A DNA stretch of 64,000 bases from the human T2T-CHM13v2.0 reference genome, Homo sapiens. Shown here one piece after another: positions 24,501-39,450 of the stretch (positions are counted from its first letter, which is position 1; every line of letters starts with the position of its first letter). Both the position numbers and the translations under genes were made by a program. Below the pieces are notes generated by a model. The model was not told the origin of the DNA and made no database searches. It saw nothing but the letters and a program-made list of their open reading frames with translations. The DNA is taken from the NCBI RefSeq assembly GCF_009914755.1, contig NC_060946.1; one strand, given 5' to 3'.

Positions 24501-27500
24501 AAAGGAAGGTTCTTCTCTGTTAGGTGAGTGCATACGTCATAAAGGAGTTTCTGAGAATGTTTCTGTCTAGTGGTTATGGGAAGATATTTGCTTTTTCACC
24601 GTACGCCTCAGAGCGCTCCAAATGTCCACTTGCATATACTACAAAAAGAGTGCTTCAAACCTGCTCTCTGAAACGGAATGTTCAACTCTATGAGTTGAAT
24701 GCAAACATCACAAAGACGTTTCTGAGAATGCTTCTGTCTAGATTTGATATGAAGATATTCCCGTTTCCAACGAAATCTTCAAATCTATCCAAATGTCCAC
24801 TTGCAGATTCAACAAAATGTGTTTTTCAGAACTGCTCTATCAAAAGAAAGATCCACCTCTGTTAGCTGAGTTCACACATCACAAACAAGTTTATGAGAAT
24901 GCTTCTGTCTAGTTTTTATTTGAAGATATTTCCTTTCTCACCATAGACCTGAAAGCTGTCCTAATGTTCACTTCCAGATACTACAGAAAGAGTGTTTCAA
25001 AACTGCTGTACGAAAGGGAATGTTCAACTCTGTGACTTGAATGCACACATCACAAAGAAGTTTCTGAGGATGCTGCTGTCTACTTTTTATACGTAATCCC
25101 GTTTCCAACGAAATCCTCCAAGCTATCCAAATATCCACTTGCAGATTCCACAGAAAGACTGTTTCAAAACTGCTCTGTCTATAGAAAGGTTCAACTCTGT
25201 TAGCTGCGTGCATATATCCCAAAGACGATTCTGAGATTGCTTCTGTCTAGTTTTTATGGGAAGATATTTCCCTTTTCACCGTAGGCGTCAAGGCGCTCCA
25301 AATGTCCACTTCCAGATGCTACAAAAAGAGTGTTTCAAACCTACTCTGTGAAAGGGAATATTCAACTCTGTGACTTGAATGCAGATATCACAAAGAAGTT
25401 TCTGAGAATGCTTCTGTCGAGATTTTATATGAAGATATTCCCGTTTCCAACGAAATCCTGAAATCTATCCAAATATCCCCTTGCAGATTCTACAAAAAGA
25501 GTGTTTCAAAACTGCTCTGTAAAAAGAAAGGTTCAACTCTGTTAGTTGAGTACACACATCACAGCAAGTTTCACAGAATGCTTCTTTCTAGCTTGTAGGG
25601 GAAGATATTTCCTTTATCACCATGGGCCTCAAACCATCCGAAACGTCCACTTCCATATACTAAAAAAAGAGTGTTTGAAACCTGCTCTATGAAAGGCAAT
25701 GTTCAACTCTGTGACTTGAATGCAGACATCACAGAGCAGTTTCTGAGAATGCTTCTGTCCAGACTTTATAGGAAGATATTCCCGTTTCCAACGAAATCTT
25801 CACAGCTATCCAAATATCCACTTGCAGATACTACAAAAAGAATGTATCAAAAATGCTCTGTCAAAAGGAAAGTTCTTCTCTGCTAGTTGAGTACATACGT
25901 CATAAAGAAGTTTCTGAGAATGTTTCTGTCTAGTGGTTATGGGAAGATATTTGCTTTTTCACCGTAGGCCTCAGAGCGCTCCAAATGTCCACTTGCACAT
26001 GCTACAAAAAGAGTGCTTCAAAGCTGCTCTCTGAAAGGGAATGTTCAACTCTATGAGTTGAATGTAAACATCACAAAGACGTTTCTGAGAATGCGTCTGT
26101 CTAGATTTGATATGAAGATATTCCCGTTTCCAACGAAATCTTCAAATCTATCCAAATGTCCACTTGCAGATTCAACAAAAAGTGTTTTTCAAAACTGCTG
26201 TATCAAAAGAAAGATCCACGTCTGTTAGCTGAGTTCACACATCACAAAGAAGTTTATGAGAATGCTTCTGTCTAGTTTTTATTTGAAGATATTTCCTTTC
26301 TCACCATAGACCTGAAAGCTGTCGTAATGTTTACTTCAAGATACTACAGAAAGAGTGTTTCAAAACTGCTGTACGAAACGGAATGTTCAACTCTGTGACT
26401 TGAATGCACACATCACAAAGAAGTTTCTGAGGATGCTGCTGTCTACTTTTTATACGTAATCCCGTTTCCAACGAAATCCTCCAAGCTATCCAAATATCCA
26501 CTTGTAGATTCCACAGAAAGACTGTTTCAAAACTGCTCTGTCAATAGAAAGGTTCAACTCTGTTAGCTGCGTGCATATATCCCAAAGAAGATTCTGAGAT
26601 TGCTTCTGTCTAGTTTTTATGGGAAGATATTTCCCTTTTCACCGTAGGTGTCAAGGCGCTCCAAATGTCCACTTCCAGATACTACAAAAAGAGTGTTTCA
26701 AACCTACTCTGTGAAAGGGAATATTCAACTCTGTGACTTGAATGCACATATCACAAAGAAGTTTCTGAGAATGCTTCTGTCGAGATTTTATATGAAGATA
26801 TTCCCGTTTCCAACGAAATCCTGAAATCTATCCAAATATCCCCTCGCAGATTCTACAAAAAGAGTGTTTCAAAACTGTTCTGTAAAAAGAAAGGTTCAAC
26901 TCTGTTAGTTGAGTACACACATCACAAACAAGTATCACAGAATGCTTCTTTCTAGCTTGTAGGGGAAGATATTCCCTTTATCACCATGGGCCTCAAACCG
27001 TCCGAAACGTCCACTTCCATATACTTCAAAAAGAGCGTTTCAAACCTGCTCTATGAAAGGCAATGTTCAACTCTGTGACTTGAATGCAGACATCACAGAG
27101 CTGTTTCTGAGAATGCTTCTGTCTAGATTTTATAGGAAGATATTCCCGTTTCCAACGAAATCTTCACAGCTATCCAAATATCCACTTGCAGATTCTACAA
27201 AAAGAGTGTATCCAAACTGCTCTGTCAAAAGGAAGGTTCTTCTCTGTTAGGTGAGTGCATACGTCATAAAGGAGTTTCTGAGAATGTTTCTGTCTAGTGG
27301 TTATGGGAAGATATTTGCTTTTTCACCGTAGGCCTCAGAGCGCTCCAAATATCCACTTGCACATACTACAAAAAGAGTGCCTCAAAGCTGCTCTCTGAAA
27401 CGGAATGTTCAACTCTATGAGTTGAATTCAAACATCACAAAGACGTTTCTGAGAATGCTTCTGTCTAGATTTGATATGAAGATATTCCCGTTTCCAACGA

Positions 27501-30500
27501 AATCTTCAAATCTATCCAAATGTCCACTTGCAGATTCAACAAAAAGTGTTTTTCACAACTGCTCTATCAAAAGAAAGATCCACCTCTGTTAGCTGAGTTC
27601 ACACATCCAAACAAGTTTATGAGAATGCTTCTGTCTAGTTTTTATTTGAAGATATTTCCTTTCTCACCATAGACCTGAAAGCTGTCCTAATGTTCACTTC
27701 CAGATACTACAGAAAGAGTGTTTCAAAACTGCTGTACGAAAGGGAATGTTCAACTCTGTGACTTGAATGCACACATCACAAAGAAGTTTCTGAGGATGCT
27801 GCTGTTTACTTTTTATACGTAATCCTGTTTCCAACGAAATCCTCCAAGCTATCCAAATATCCACTTGCAGATTCCACAGAAAGAATGTTTCAAAACTGCT
27901 CTGTCAATAGAAAGGTTCAACTCAGTTAGCTGCGTGCATATATCCCAAAGAAGATTCTGAGATTGCTTCTGTCTAGTTTTTATGGGAAGATATTTCCCTT
28001 TTCACCGTAGGCGTCAAGGCGCTCCAAATGTCCACTTCCAGATACTACAAAAAGAGTGTTTCAAACCTAATCTGTGAAAGGGAATATTCAACTCTGTAAC
28101 TTGAATGCACATATCACAAAGAAGTTTCTGAGAATGCTTCTGTCGAGATTTTATGTGAAGATATTCCCGTTTCCAACGAAATCCTGAAATCTATCCAAAT
28201 ATCCCCTCGCAGATTCTACAAAAAGAGTGTTTCAAAACTGCTCTGTAAAAAGAAAGGTTCAACTCTGTTAGTTGAGTACACACATCACAAACAAGTTTCA
28301 CAGAATGCTTCTTTCTAGCTTGTAGGGGAAGATATTCCCTTCATCACCATGGGCCTCAAACCGTCCGTAAGGTCCACTTCCATATACTACAAAAAGAGCG
28401 TTTCAAACCTGCTCTATGAAAGGCAATGTTCAACTCTGTGACTTGAATGCAGACATCACAGAGCAGTTTCTGAGAATGCTTCTGTCTAGATTTTATAGGA
28501 AGATATTCCCGTTTCCAACGAAATCTTCACAGCTATCCAAATATCCACTTGCAGATTCTACAAAAAGAGTGTATCAAAACTGCTCTGTCAAAAGGAAGGT
28601 TCTTCTCTGTTAGGTGAGTGCATACGTCATAAAGGAGTTTCTGAGAATGTTTCTGTCTAGTGGTTATGGGAAGATATTTGCTTTTTCACCGTAGGCCTCA
28701 GAGCGCTCCAAATGTCCACTTGCACATACTACAAAAAGAGTGCTTCAAACCTGCTCTCTGAAACGGAATGTTCAACTCTATGAGTTGAATGCAAACATCA
28801 CAAAGACGTTTCTGAGAATGCTTCTGTCTAGATTTGATATGAAGATATTCCCGTTTCCAACGAAATCTTCAAATCTATCCAAATGTCCACTTGCAGATTC
28901 AACAAAATGTGTTTTTCAGAACTGCTCTATCAAAAGAAAGATCCACCTATGTTAGCTGAGTTCACACATCACAAACAAGTTTATGAGAATGCTTCTGTCT
29001 AGTTTTTATTTGAAGATATTTCCTTTCTCACCATAGACCTGAAAGCTGTCCTAATGTTCACTTCCAGATACTACAGAAAGAGTGTTTCAAAACTGCTGTA
29101 CGAAAGGGAATGTTCAACTCTGTGACTTGAATGCACACATCACAAAGAAGTTTCTGAGGATGCTGCTGTCTACTTTTTATACGTAATCCCGTTTCCAACG
29201 AAATCCTCCAAGCTATCCAAATATCCACTTGCAGATTCCACAGAAAGACTGTTTCAAAACTGCTCTGTCAATAGAAAGGTTCAACTCTGTTAGCTGCGTG
29301 CATATATCCCAAAGACGATTCTGAGATTGCTTCTGTCTAGTTTTTATGGGAAGATATTTCCCTTTTCACCGTAGGTGTCAAGGCGCTCCAAATGTCCACT
29401 TCCAGATACTACAAAAAGAGTGTTTCAAACCTACTCTGTGAAAGGGAATATTCAACTCTGTGACTTGAATGCACATATCACAAAGAAGTTTCTGAGAATG
29501 CTTCTGTCGAGATTTTATATGAAGATATTCCCGTTTCCAACGAAATCCTGAAATCTATCCAAATATCCCCTCGCAGATTCTACAAAAAGAGTGTTTCAAA
29601 ACTGTTCTGTAAAAAGAAAGGTTCAACTCTGTTAGTTGAGTACACACATCACAAACAAGTATCACAGAATGCTTCTTTCTAGCTTGTAGGGGAAGATATT
29701 CCCTTTATCACCATGGGCCTCAAACCGTCCGAAACGTCCACTTCCATATACTTCAAAAAGAGCGTTTCAAACCTGCTCTATGAAAGGCAATGTTCAACTC
29801 TGTGACTTGAATGCAGACATCACAGAGCTGTTTCTGAGAATGCTTCTGTCTAGATTTTATAGGAAGATATTCCCGTTTCCAACGAAATCTTCACAGCTAT
29901 CCAAATATCCACTTGCAGATTCTACAAAAAGAGTGTATCCAAACTGCTCTGTCAAAAGGAAGGTTCTTCTCTGTTAGGTGAGTGCATACGTCATAAAGGA
30001 GTTTCTGAGAATGTTTCTGTCTAGTGGTTATGGGAAGATATTTGCTTTTTCACCGTAGGCCTCAGAGCGCTCCAAATATCCACTTGCACATACTACAAAA
30101 AGAGTGCCTCAAAGCTGCTCTCTGAAACGGAATGTTCAACTCTATGAGTTGAATTCAAACATCACAAAGACGTTTCTGAGAATGCTTCTGTCTAGATTTG
30201 ATATGAAGATATTCCCGTTTCCAACGAAATCTTCAAATCTATCCAAATGTCCACTTCTATAATCAACAAAAAGTGTTTTTCAGAACTGCTCTATCAAAAG
30301 AAAGATCCACCTCTGTTAGCTGAGTTCACACATCCAAACAAGTTTATGAGAATGCTTCTGTCTAGTTTTTATTTGAAGATATTTCCTTTCTCACCATAGA
30401 CCTGAAAGCTGTCCTAATGTTCACTTCCAGATACTACAGAAAGAGTGTTTCAAAACTGCTGTACGAAAGGGAATGTTCAACTCTGTGACTTGAATGCACA

Positions 30501-33100
30501 CATCACAAAGAAGTTTCTGAGGATGCTGCTGTCTACTTTTTATACGTAATCCTGTTTCCAACGAAATCCTCCAAGCTATCCAAATATCCACTTGCAGATT
30601 CCACAGAAAGAATGTTTCAAAACTGCTCTGTCAATAGAAAGGTTCAACTCAGTTAGCTGCGTGCATATATCCCAAAGAAGATTCTGAGATTGCTTCTGTC
30701 TAGTTTTTATGGGAAGATATTTCCCTTTTCACCGTAGGCGTCAAGGCGCTCCAAATGTCCACTTCCAGATACTACAAAAAGAGTGTTTCAAACCTAATCT
30801 GTGAAAGGGAATATTCAACTCTGTAACTTGAATGCACATATCACAAAGAAGTTTCTGAGAATGCTTCTGTCGAGATTTTATGTGAAGATATTCCCGTTTC
30901 CAACGAAATCCTGAAATCTATCCAAATATCCCCTCGCAGATTCTACAAAAAGAGTGTTTCAAAACTGCTCTGTAAAAAGAAAGGTTCAACTCTGTTAGTT
31001 GAGTACACACATCACAAACAAGTTTCACAGAATGCTTCTTTCTAGCTTGTAGGGGAAGATATTCCCTTCATCACCATGGGCCTCAAACAGTCCGAAACGT
31101 CCACTTCCATATACTACAAAAAGAGCGTTTCAAACCTGCTCTATGAAAGGCAATGTTCAACTCTGTGACTTGAATGCAGACATCACAGAGCAGTTTCTGA
31201 GAATGCTTCTGTCCAGACTTTATAGGAAGATATTCCCGTTTCCAACGAAATCTTCACAGCTATCCAAATATCCACTTGCAGATACTACAAAAAGAATATA
31301 TCAAAAATGCTCTGTCAAAAGGAAAGTTCTTCTCTGCTAGTTGAGTGCATACGTCATAAAGAAGTTTCTGAGAATGTTTCTGTCTAGTGGTTATGGGAAG
31401 ATATTAGCTTTTTCCCCGTAGACCTCAGAGCGCTCCAAATGTCCACTTGCACATGCTACAAAAAGAGTGCTTCAAAGCTGCTCTCTGAAAGGGAATGTTC
31501 AACTCTATGAGTTGAATGTAAACATCACAAAGACGTTTCTGAGAATGCTTCTGTCTAGATTTGATATGAAGATATTCCCGTTTCCAACGAAATCTTCAAA
31601 TCTATCCAAATGTCCACTTGCAGATTCAACAAAAAGTGTTTTTCAAAACTGCTGTATCAAAAGAAAGATCCACGTCTGTTAGCTGAGTTCACACATCACA
31701 AACAAGTTTATGAGAATGCTTCTGTCTAGTTTTTATTTGAAGATATTTCCTTTCTCACCATAGACCTGAAAGCTGTCCTAATGTTCACTTCCAGGTACTA
31801 CAGAAAGAGTGTTTCAAAACTGCTGTACGAAAGGGAATGTTCAACTCTGTGACTTGAATGCACACATCACAAAGAAGTTTCTGAGGATGCTGCTGTCTAC
31901 TTTTTATACGTAATCCCGTTTCCAAAGAAATCCTCCAAGCTATCCAAATATCCACTTGTAGATTCCACAGAAAGACTGTTTCAAAACTGCTCTGTCAATA
32001 GAAAGGTTCAACTCTGTTAGCTGCGTGCATATATCCCAAACAAGATTCTGAGATTGCTTCTGTCTAGTTTTTATGGGAAGATATTTCCCTTTTCACCGTA
32101 GGTGTCAAGGCGCTCCAAATGTCCACTTCCAGATACTACAAAAAGAGTGTTTCAAACCTACTCTGTGAAAGGGAATATTCAACTCTGTGACTTGAATGCA
32201 CATATCACAAAGAAGTTTCTGAGAATGCTTCTGTCGAGATTTTATATGAAGATATTCCCGTTTCCAACGAAATCCTGAAATCTATCCAAATATCCCCTCG
32301 CAGATTCTACAAAAAGAGTGTTTCAAAACTGCTCTGTAAAAAGAAAGGTTCAACTCTGTTAGTTGAGTACACACATCACAAACAAGTATCACAGAATGCT
32401 TCTTTCTAGCTTGTAGGGGAAGATATTCCCTTTATCACCATGGGCCTCAAACCGTCCGAAACGTCCACTTCCATATACTTCAAAAAGAGCGTTTCAAACC
32501 TGCTCTATGAAAGGCAATGTTCAACTCTGTGACTTGAATGCAGACATCACAGAGCTGTTTCTGAGAATGCTTCTGTCTAGATTTTATAGGAAGATATTCC
32601 CGTTTCCAACGAAATCTTCACAGCTATCCAAATATCCACTTGCAGATTCTACAAAAAGAGTGTATCCAAACTGCTCTGTCAAAAGGAAGGTTCTTCTCTG
32701 TTAGGTGAGTGCATACGTCATAAAGGAGTTTCTGAGAATGTTTCTGTCTAGTGGTTATGGGAAGATATTTGCTTTTTCACCGTAGGCCTCAGAGCGCTCC
32801 AAATATCCACTTGCACATACTACAAAAAGAGTGCCTCAAAGCTGCTCTCTGAAACGGAATGTTCAACTCTATGAGTTGAATTCAAACATCACAAAGACGT
32901 TTCTGAGAATGCTTCTGTCTAGATTTGATATGAAGATATTCCCGTTTCCAACGAAATCTTCAAATCTATCCAAATGTCCACTTGCAGATTCAACAAAAAG
33001 TGTTTTTCACAACTGCTCTATCAAAAGAAAGATCCACCTCTGTTAGCTGAGTTCACACATCCAAACAAGTTTATGAGAATGCTTCTGTATAGTTTTTATT
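21530..33100. repeat. ~11.6 kb multi-HOR duplicated block, copy 1 (offset 27275 = 20 HORs)
   Basis: Co-linear rare markers: TCGGA 21546->48821, ORF variants 22574->49849, 24968->52243, 26013->53288, 31467->58742, EcoRI 27424->54699. Confidence 0.9.
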
Positions 33101-35869
33101 TGAAGATATTTCCTTTCTCACCATAGACCTGAAAGCTGTCCTAATGTTCACTTCCAGATACTACAGAAAGAGTGTTTCAAAACTGCTGTACGAAAGGGAA
33201 TGTTCAACTCTGTGACTTGAATGCACACATCACAAAGAAGTTTCTGAGGATGCTGCTGTCTACTTTTTATACGTAATCCCGTTTCCAACGAAATCCTCCA
33301 AGCTATGCAAACATCCACTTGCAGATTCCACAGAAAGACTGTTTCAAAACTGCTCTGTCAATAGAAAGGTTCAACTCTGTTAGCTGCGTGCATATATCCC
33401 AAAGAAGATTCTGAGATTGCTTCTGTCTAGTTTTTATGGGAAGATATTTCCCTTTTCACCGTAGGCGTCAAGGCGCTCCAAATGTCCACTTCCAGATACT
33501 ACAAAAAGAGTGTTTCAAACCTACTCTGTGAAAGGGAATATTCAACTCTGTGACTTGAATGCAGATATCACAAAGAAGTTTCTGAGAATGCTTCTGTCGA
33601 GATTTTATATGAAGATATTCCCGTTTCCAACGAAATCCTGAAATCTATCCAAATATCCCCTCGCAGATTCTACAAAAAGAGTGTTTCAAAACTGCTCTGT
33701 AAAAAGAAAGGTTCAACTCTGTTAGTTGAGTACACACATCACAAACAAGTTTCACAGAATGCTTCTTTCTAGCTTGTAGGGGAAGATATTCCCTTTATCA
33801 CCATGGGCCTCCAACCGTCCGAAACATCCACTTCCATATACTACAAAAAGAGCGTTTCAAACCTGCTCTATGAAAGGCAATGTTCAACTCTGTGACTTGA
33901 AAGCAGACATCACAGAGCAGTTTCTGAGAATGCTTCTGTCTAGATTTTATAGGAAGATATTCCCGTTTCCAACGAAATCTTCACAGCTATCCAAATATCC
34001 ACTTGCAGATTCTACAAAAAGAGTGTATCAAAACTGCTCTGTCAAAAGGAAGGTTCTTCTCTGTTAGGTGAGTACATACATCATAAAGGAGTTTCTGAGA
34101 ATGTTTCTGTCTAGTGGTTATGGGAAGATATTTGCTTTTTCACCTTAGGCCTCAGAGCGCTCCAAATATCCACTTGCACATACTACAAAAAGAGTGCTTC
34201 AAAGCTGCTCTCTGAAACGGAATGTTCAATTCTATGAGTTGAATGCAAACATCACAAAGACGTTTCTGAGTATGCTTCTGTCTAGATTTGATATGAAGAT
34301 ATTCCCGTTTCCAACGAAATCTTCAAATCTATCCAAATGTCCACTTGCAGATTCAACAAAATGAGTTTTTCAGAACTGCTCTATCAAAAGGAAGATCCAC
34401 CTCTGTTAGCTGAGTTCACACATCACAAACAAGTTTATGAGAATGCTTCTGTCTAGTTTTTATTTGAAGATATTTCCTTTCTCACCATAGACCTGAAAGC
34501 TGTCCTAATGTTCACTTCCAGATACTACAGAAAGGGTGTTTCAAAACTGCTGTACGAAAGGGAATGTTCAACTCTGTGACTTGAATGCACACATCACAAA
34601 GAAGTTTCTTAGGATGCTGCTGTCTACTTTTTATACGTAATCCCGTTTCCAACGAAATCCTCCAATCTATCCAAATATCCACTTGCAGATTCCACAGAAA
34701 GACTGTTTCAAAACTGCTCTGTCAATAGAAAGGTTCAACTCTGTTAGCTGCGTGCATATATCCCAAAGAAGATTCTGAGATTGCTTCTGTCTAGTTTTTG
34801 TGGGAAGATATTTCCCTTTTCACCGTAGGTGTCAAGGCGCTCCAAATGTCCACTTCCAGATACTACAAAAAGAGTGTTTCAAACCTACTCTGTGAAAGGG
34901 AATATTCAACTCTGTGACTTGAATGCAGATATCACAATGAAGATTCTGAGAATGCTTCTGTCGAGATTTTATATGAAGATATTTTCGTTTCCAACAAAAT
35001 CCTGAAATCTATCCAAATATCCCCTCGCAGATTCTACAAAAAGAGTGTTTCAAAACTGCTCTGTAAAAAGAAAGGTTCAACTCTGTTAGTTGAGTACACA
35101 CATCACAAACAAGTTTCACAGAATGCTTCTTTCTAGCTTGTAGGGGAAGATATTCCCTTTAACACCATGGGCCTCAAACCGTCTGAAACGTCCACTTCCA
35201 TATACTACAAAAAGAGCGTTTCAAACCTGCTCTATGAAAGGCAATGTTCAACTCTGTGACTTGAATGCAGACATCACAGAGCAGTTTCTGAGAATGCTTC
35301 TGTCTAGGTTTTATAGGAAGATATTCCCTTTTCCAACGAAATCTTCCCAGCTATCAAAATATCCACTTGCAGATTCTACAAAAAGAGTGTATCAAAACTG
35401 CTCTGTCAAAAGGAAGGTTCTTCTCTGTTAGTTGAGTACATACATCATAAAGGAGTTTCTGAGAATGTTTCTGTCTAGTGGTTATGGGAAGATATTTGCT
35501 TTTTCACCTTAGGCCTCAGAGCGCTCCAAATATCCACTTGCACATACTACAAAAAGAGTGCTTCAAAGCTGCTCTCTGAAACGGAATGTTCAATTCTATG
35601 AGTTGAATGCAAACATCACAAAGACGTTTCTGAGAATGCTTCTGTCTAGATTTGATATGAAGATATTCCCGTTTCCAACGAAATCTTCAAATCTATCCAA
35701 ATGTCCACTTGCAGATTCAACAAAATGAGTTTTTCAGAACTGCTCTATCAAAAGGAAGATCCACCTCTGTTAGCTGAGTTCACACATCACAAACAAGTTT
35801 ATGAGAATGCTTCTGTCTAGTTTTTATTTGAAGATATTTCCTTTCTCACCATAGACCTGAAAGCTGTCC

Positions 35870-38800
35870 TAATGTTCACTTCCAGATACTACAGAAAGGG
35901 TGTTTCAAAACTGCTGTACGAAAGGGAATGTTCAACTCTGTGACTTGAATGCACACATCACAAAGAAGTTTCTGAGGATGCTGCTGTCTACTTTTTATAC
36001 GTAATCCCGTTTCCAACGAAATCCTCCAATCTATCCAAATATCCACTTGCAGATTCCACAGCAAGAATGTTTCAAAATTGCTCTCTCAATAAAAAGGTTC
36101 AACTCTGTTTGCTGCGTGCATATATCCCAAAGAAGATTCTGAGATTGCTTCTGTCTAGTTTTTATGGGAAGATATTTCCCTTTTCACCGTAGGCGTCAAG
36201 GCGCTCCAAATGTCCACTTCCAGATACTACAAAAAGAGTGTTTCAAACATACTCTGTGAAAGGGAATATTCAACTCTGTGTCTTGAATGCAGATATCACA
36301 ATGAAGTTTCTGAGAATGCTTCTGTCGAGATTTTATATGAAGATATTCCCGTTTCCAACGAAATACTGAAATCTATCCAAATATCCCCTCGCAGATTCTA
36401 CAAAAAGAGTGTTTCAAAACTGCTCTGTAAAAAGAAAGGTTCAACTCTGTTAGTTGAGTACACACATCACAAACAAGTTTCACAGAATGCTTCTTTCTAG
36501 CTTGTAGGGGAAGATATTGCCTTTATCACCATGGGCCTCAAACCGTCCGAAACGTCCACTTCCATATACTACAAAAAGAGCGTTTCAAACCTGCTCTATG
36601 AAAGGCAATGTTCAACTCTGTGATTTGAATGCAGACATCACAGAGCTGTTTCTGAGAATGCTTCTGTCTAGATTTAATAGGAAGATATTCCCGTTTCCAA
36701 TGAAATCTTCACAGCTATCCAAATATCCACTTGCAGATTCTACAAAAAGAGTGTATCAAAACTGCTCTGTCAAAAGGAAGGTTCTTCTCTGTTAGGTGAG
36801 TGCATACGTCATAAAGGAGTTTCTGAGAATGTTTCTGTCTAGTGGTTATTCGAAGATATTTGCTTTTTCACCTTAGGCCTCAGAGCGCTCCAAATATCCA
36901 CTTGCACATACTACAAAAAGAGTGCCTCAAAGCTGCTCTCTGAAACGGAATGTTCAACTCTATGAGTTGAATGCAAACATCACAAAGACGTTTCTGAGAA
37001 TGCTTCTGTCTAGATTTGATATGAAGATATTCCCGTTTCCAACGAAATCTTCAAATCTATCCAAATGTCCACTTGCAGATTCAACAAAAAGTGTTTTTCA
37101 GAACTGCTCTATCAAAAGAAAGATCCACCTCTGTTAGCTGAGTTCACACTTCACAAACAAGTTTATGAGAATGCTTCTGTCTAGTTTTTATTTGAAGATA
37201 TTTCCTTTCTCACCATAGACCTGAAAGCTGTCCTAATGTTCACTTCCAGATACTACAGAAAGAGTGTTTCAAAACTGCTGTACGAAAGGGAATGTTCAAC
37301 TCTGTGACTTGAATGCACACATCACAAAGAAGTTTCTGAGGATGCTGCTGTCTACTTTTTGTACGTAATCCCGTTTCCAACGAAATCCTCCAAGCTATCC
37401 AAATATCCACTTGCAGATTCCACAGAAAGACTGTTTCAAAAGTGCTCTCTCAATAGAAAGGTTCAACTCTGTTAGCTGCGTGCATATATCCCAAAGAAGA
37501 TTCTGAGATTGCTTCTGTCTAGTTTTTATGGGAAGATATTTCCCTTTTCACCGTAGGCGTCAAGGCGCTCCAAATGTCCACTTCCAGATATTACAAAAAG
37601 AGTGTTTCAAACCTACTCTGTGAAAGGGAATATTCAACTCTGTGACTTGAATGCACATATCACAAAGAAGTTTCTGAGAATGCTTCTGTCGAGATTTTAT
37701 ATGAAGATATTCCCGTTTCCAACGAAATCCTGAAATCTATCCAAATATCCCCTCGCAGATTCTACAAAAAGAGTGTTTCAAAACTGCTCTGTAAAAAGAA
37801 AGGTTCAACTCTGTTAGTTGAGTACACACATCACAAACAAGTTTCACAGAATGCTTCTTTCTAGCTTGTAGGGGAAGATATTCCCTTTATCACCATGGTC
37901 CTCAAACCGTCCGAAACGTCCACTTCCATATACTACAAAAAGAGCGTTTCAAACCTGCTCTAGGAAAGGCAATGTTCAACTCTGTGACTTGAATGCAGAC
38001 ATCACAGAGCAGTTTCTGAGAATGCTTCTGTCTAGATTTTATAGGAAGATATTCCCGTTTCCAACGAAATCTTCACAGCTATCCAAATATCCACTTGCAG
38101 ATTCTACAAAAAGAGTGTATCAAAACTGCTCTGTCAAGAGGAAGGTTCTTCTCTGTTAGTTGAGTACATACGTCATAAAGGAGTTTCTGAGAACGTTTCT
38201 GTCTAGTGGTTATGGGAAGATAATTGCTTTTGCACCGTAGGCCTCAGAGCGCTCCAAATATCCACTTGCACATACTACAAAAAGAGTGCTTCAAAGGTGC
38301 TCTCTGAAAGGGAATGTTCAACTCTATGAGTTGAATGCAAACATCACAAAGACGTTTCTGAGAATGCTTCTGTCTAGATTTGATATGAAGATATTCCCGT
38401 TTCCAACGAAATCTTCAAATCTATCCAAATGTCCACTTGCAGATTCAACAAAAAGTGTTTTTCAGAACTGCTCTATCAAAAGAAAGATCCACCTCTGTTA
38501 GCTGAGTTCACACATCAGAAACAAGTTTATGAGAATGCTTCTGTCTAGTTTTTATTTGAAGATATTTCCTTTCTCACCATAGACCTGAAAGCTGTCCTAA
38601 TTTTCACTCCCAGATACTACAGAAAGAGTGTTTCAAAACTGCTGTACGAAAGGGAATGTTCAACTCTGTGACTTGAATGCACACATCACAAAGAAGTTTC
38701 TGAGGATGCTGCTGTCTACTTTTTATACGTAATCCCGTTTCCAACGAAATCCTCCAATCTATCCAAATATCCACTTGCAGATTCCACAGAAAGACTGTTT

Positions 38801-39450
38801 CAAAACTGCTCTGTCAATAGAAAGGTTCAACTCCGTTAGCTGCGTGCATATATCCCAAAGAAGATTCTGAGATTGCTTCTGTCTAGTTTTTATGGGAAGA
38901 TATTTCCCTTTTCACCGTAGGCGTCAAGGCGCTCCAAATGTCCACTTCCAGATACTACAAAAGGAGTGTTTCAAACCTACTCTGTGGAAGGGAATATTCA
39001 ACTCTGTGACTTGAATGCAGATATCACAAAGAAGTTTCTGAGAATGCTTCCGTCGAGATTTTATATGAAGGTATTTCCGTTTCCAACGAAATCCTGAAAT
39101 CTATCCAAATATCCCCTCGCAGATTCTACAAAAAGAGTGTTTCAACACTGCTCTGTAAAAAGAAAGGTTCAACTCTGTTAGTTGAGTACACACATCACAA
39201 ACAAGTTTCACAGAATGCTTCTTTCTAGCTTGTAGGGGAAGATATTTCCTTTATCACAATGGGCCTCAAACCGTCCGAAACGTCCACTTCCATATACTAC
39301 AAAAAGAGTGTTTCAAACCTGCTCTATGAAAGGCAATGTTCAACTCTGTGACTTGAATGCAGACATCACAGAGCAGTTTCTGAGAATGCTTCTGTCCAGA
39401 CTTTATAGGAAGATATTCCCGTTTCCAACGAAATCTTCACAGCTATCCAA
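35870..39450. repeat. Duplicated block (offset 24547 = 18 HORs), partner 60420-64000
   Basis: Shared rare markers: CACAGCAAGA, AAATACTGAA, TTTAATAGG, TTATTCGAAG (36850/61397), GAGAACGTTT, CAAAGGTGCT, GAAGGTATTTCCG. Confidence 0.9.
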
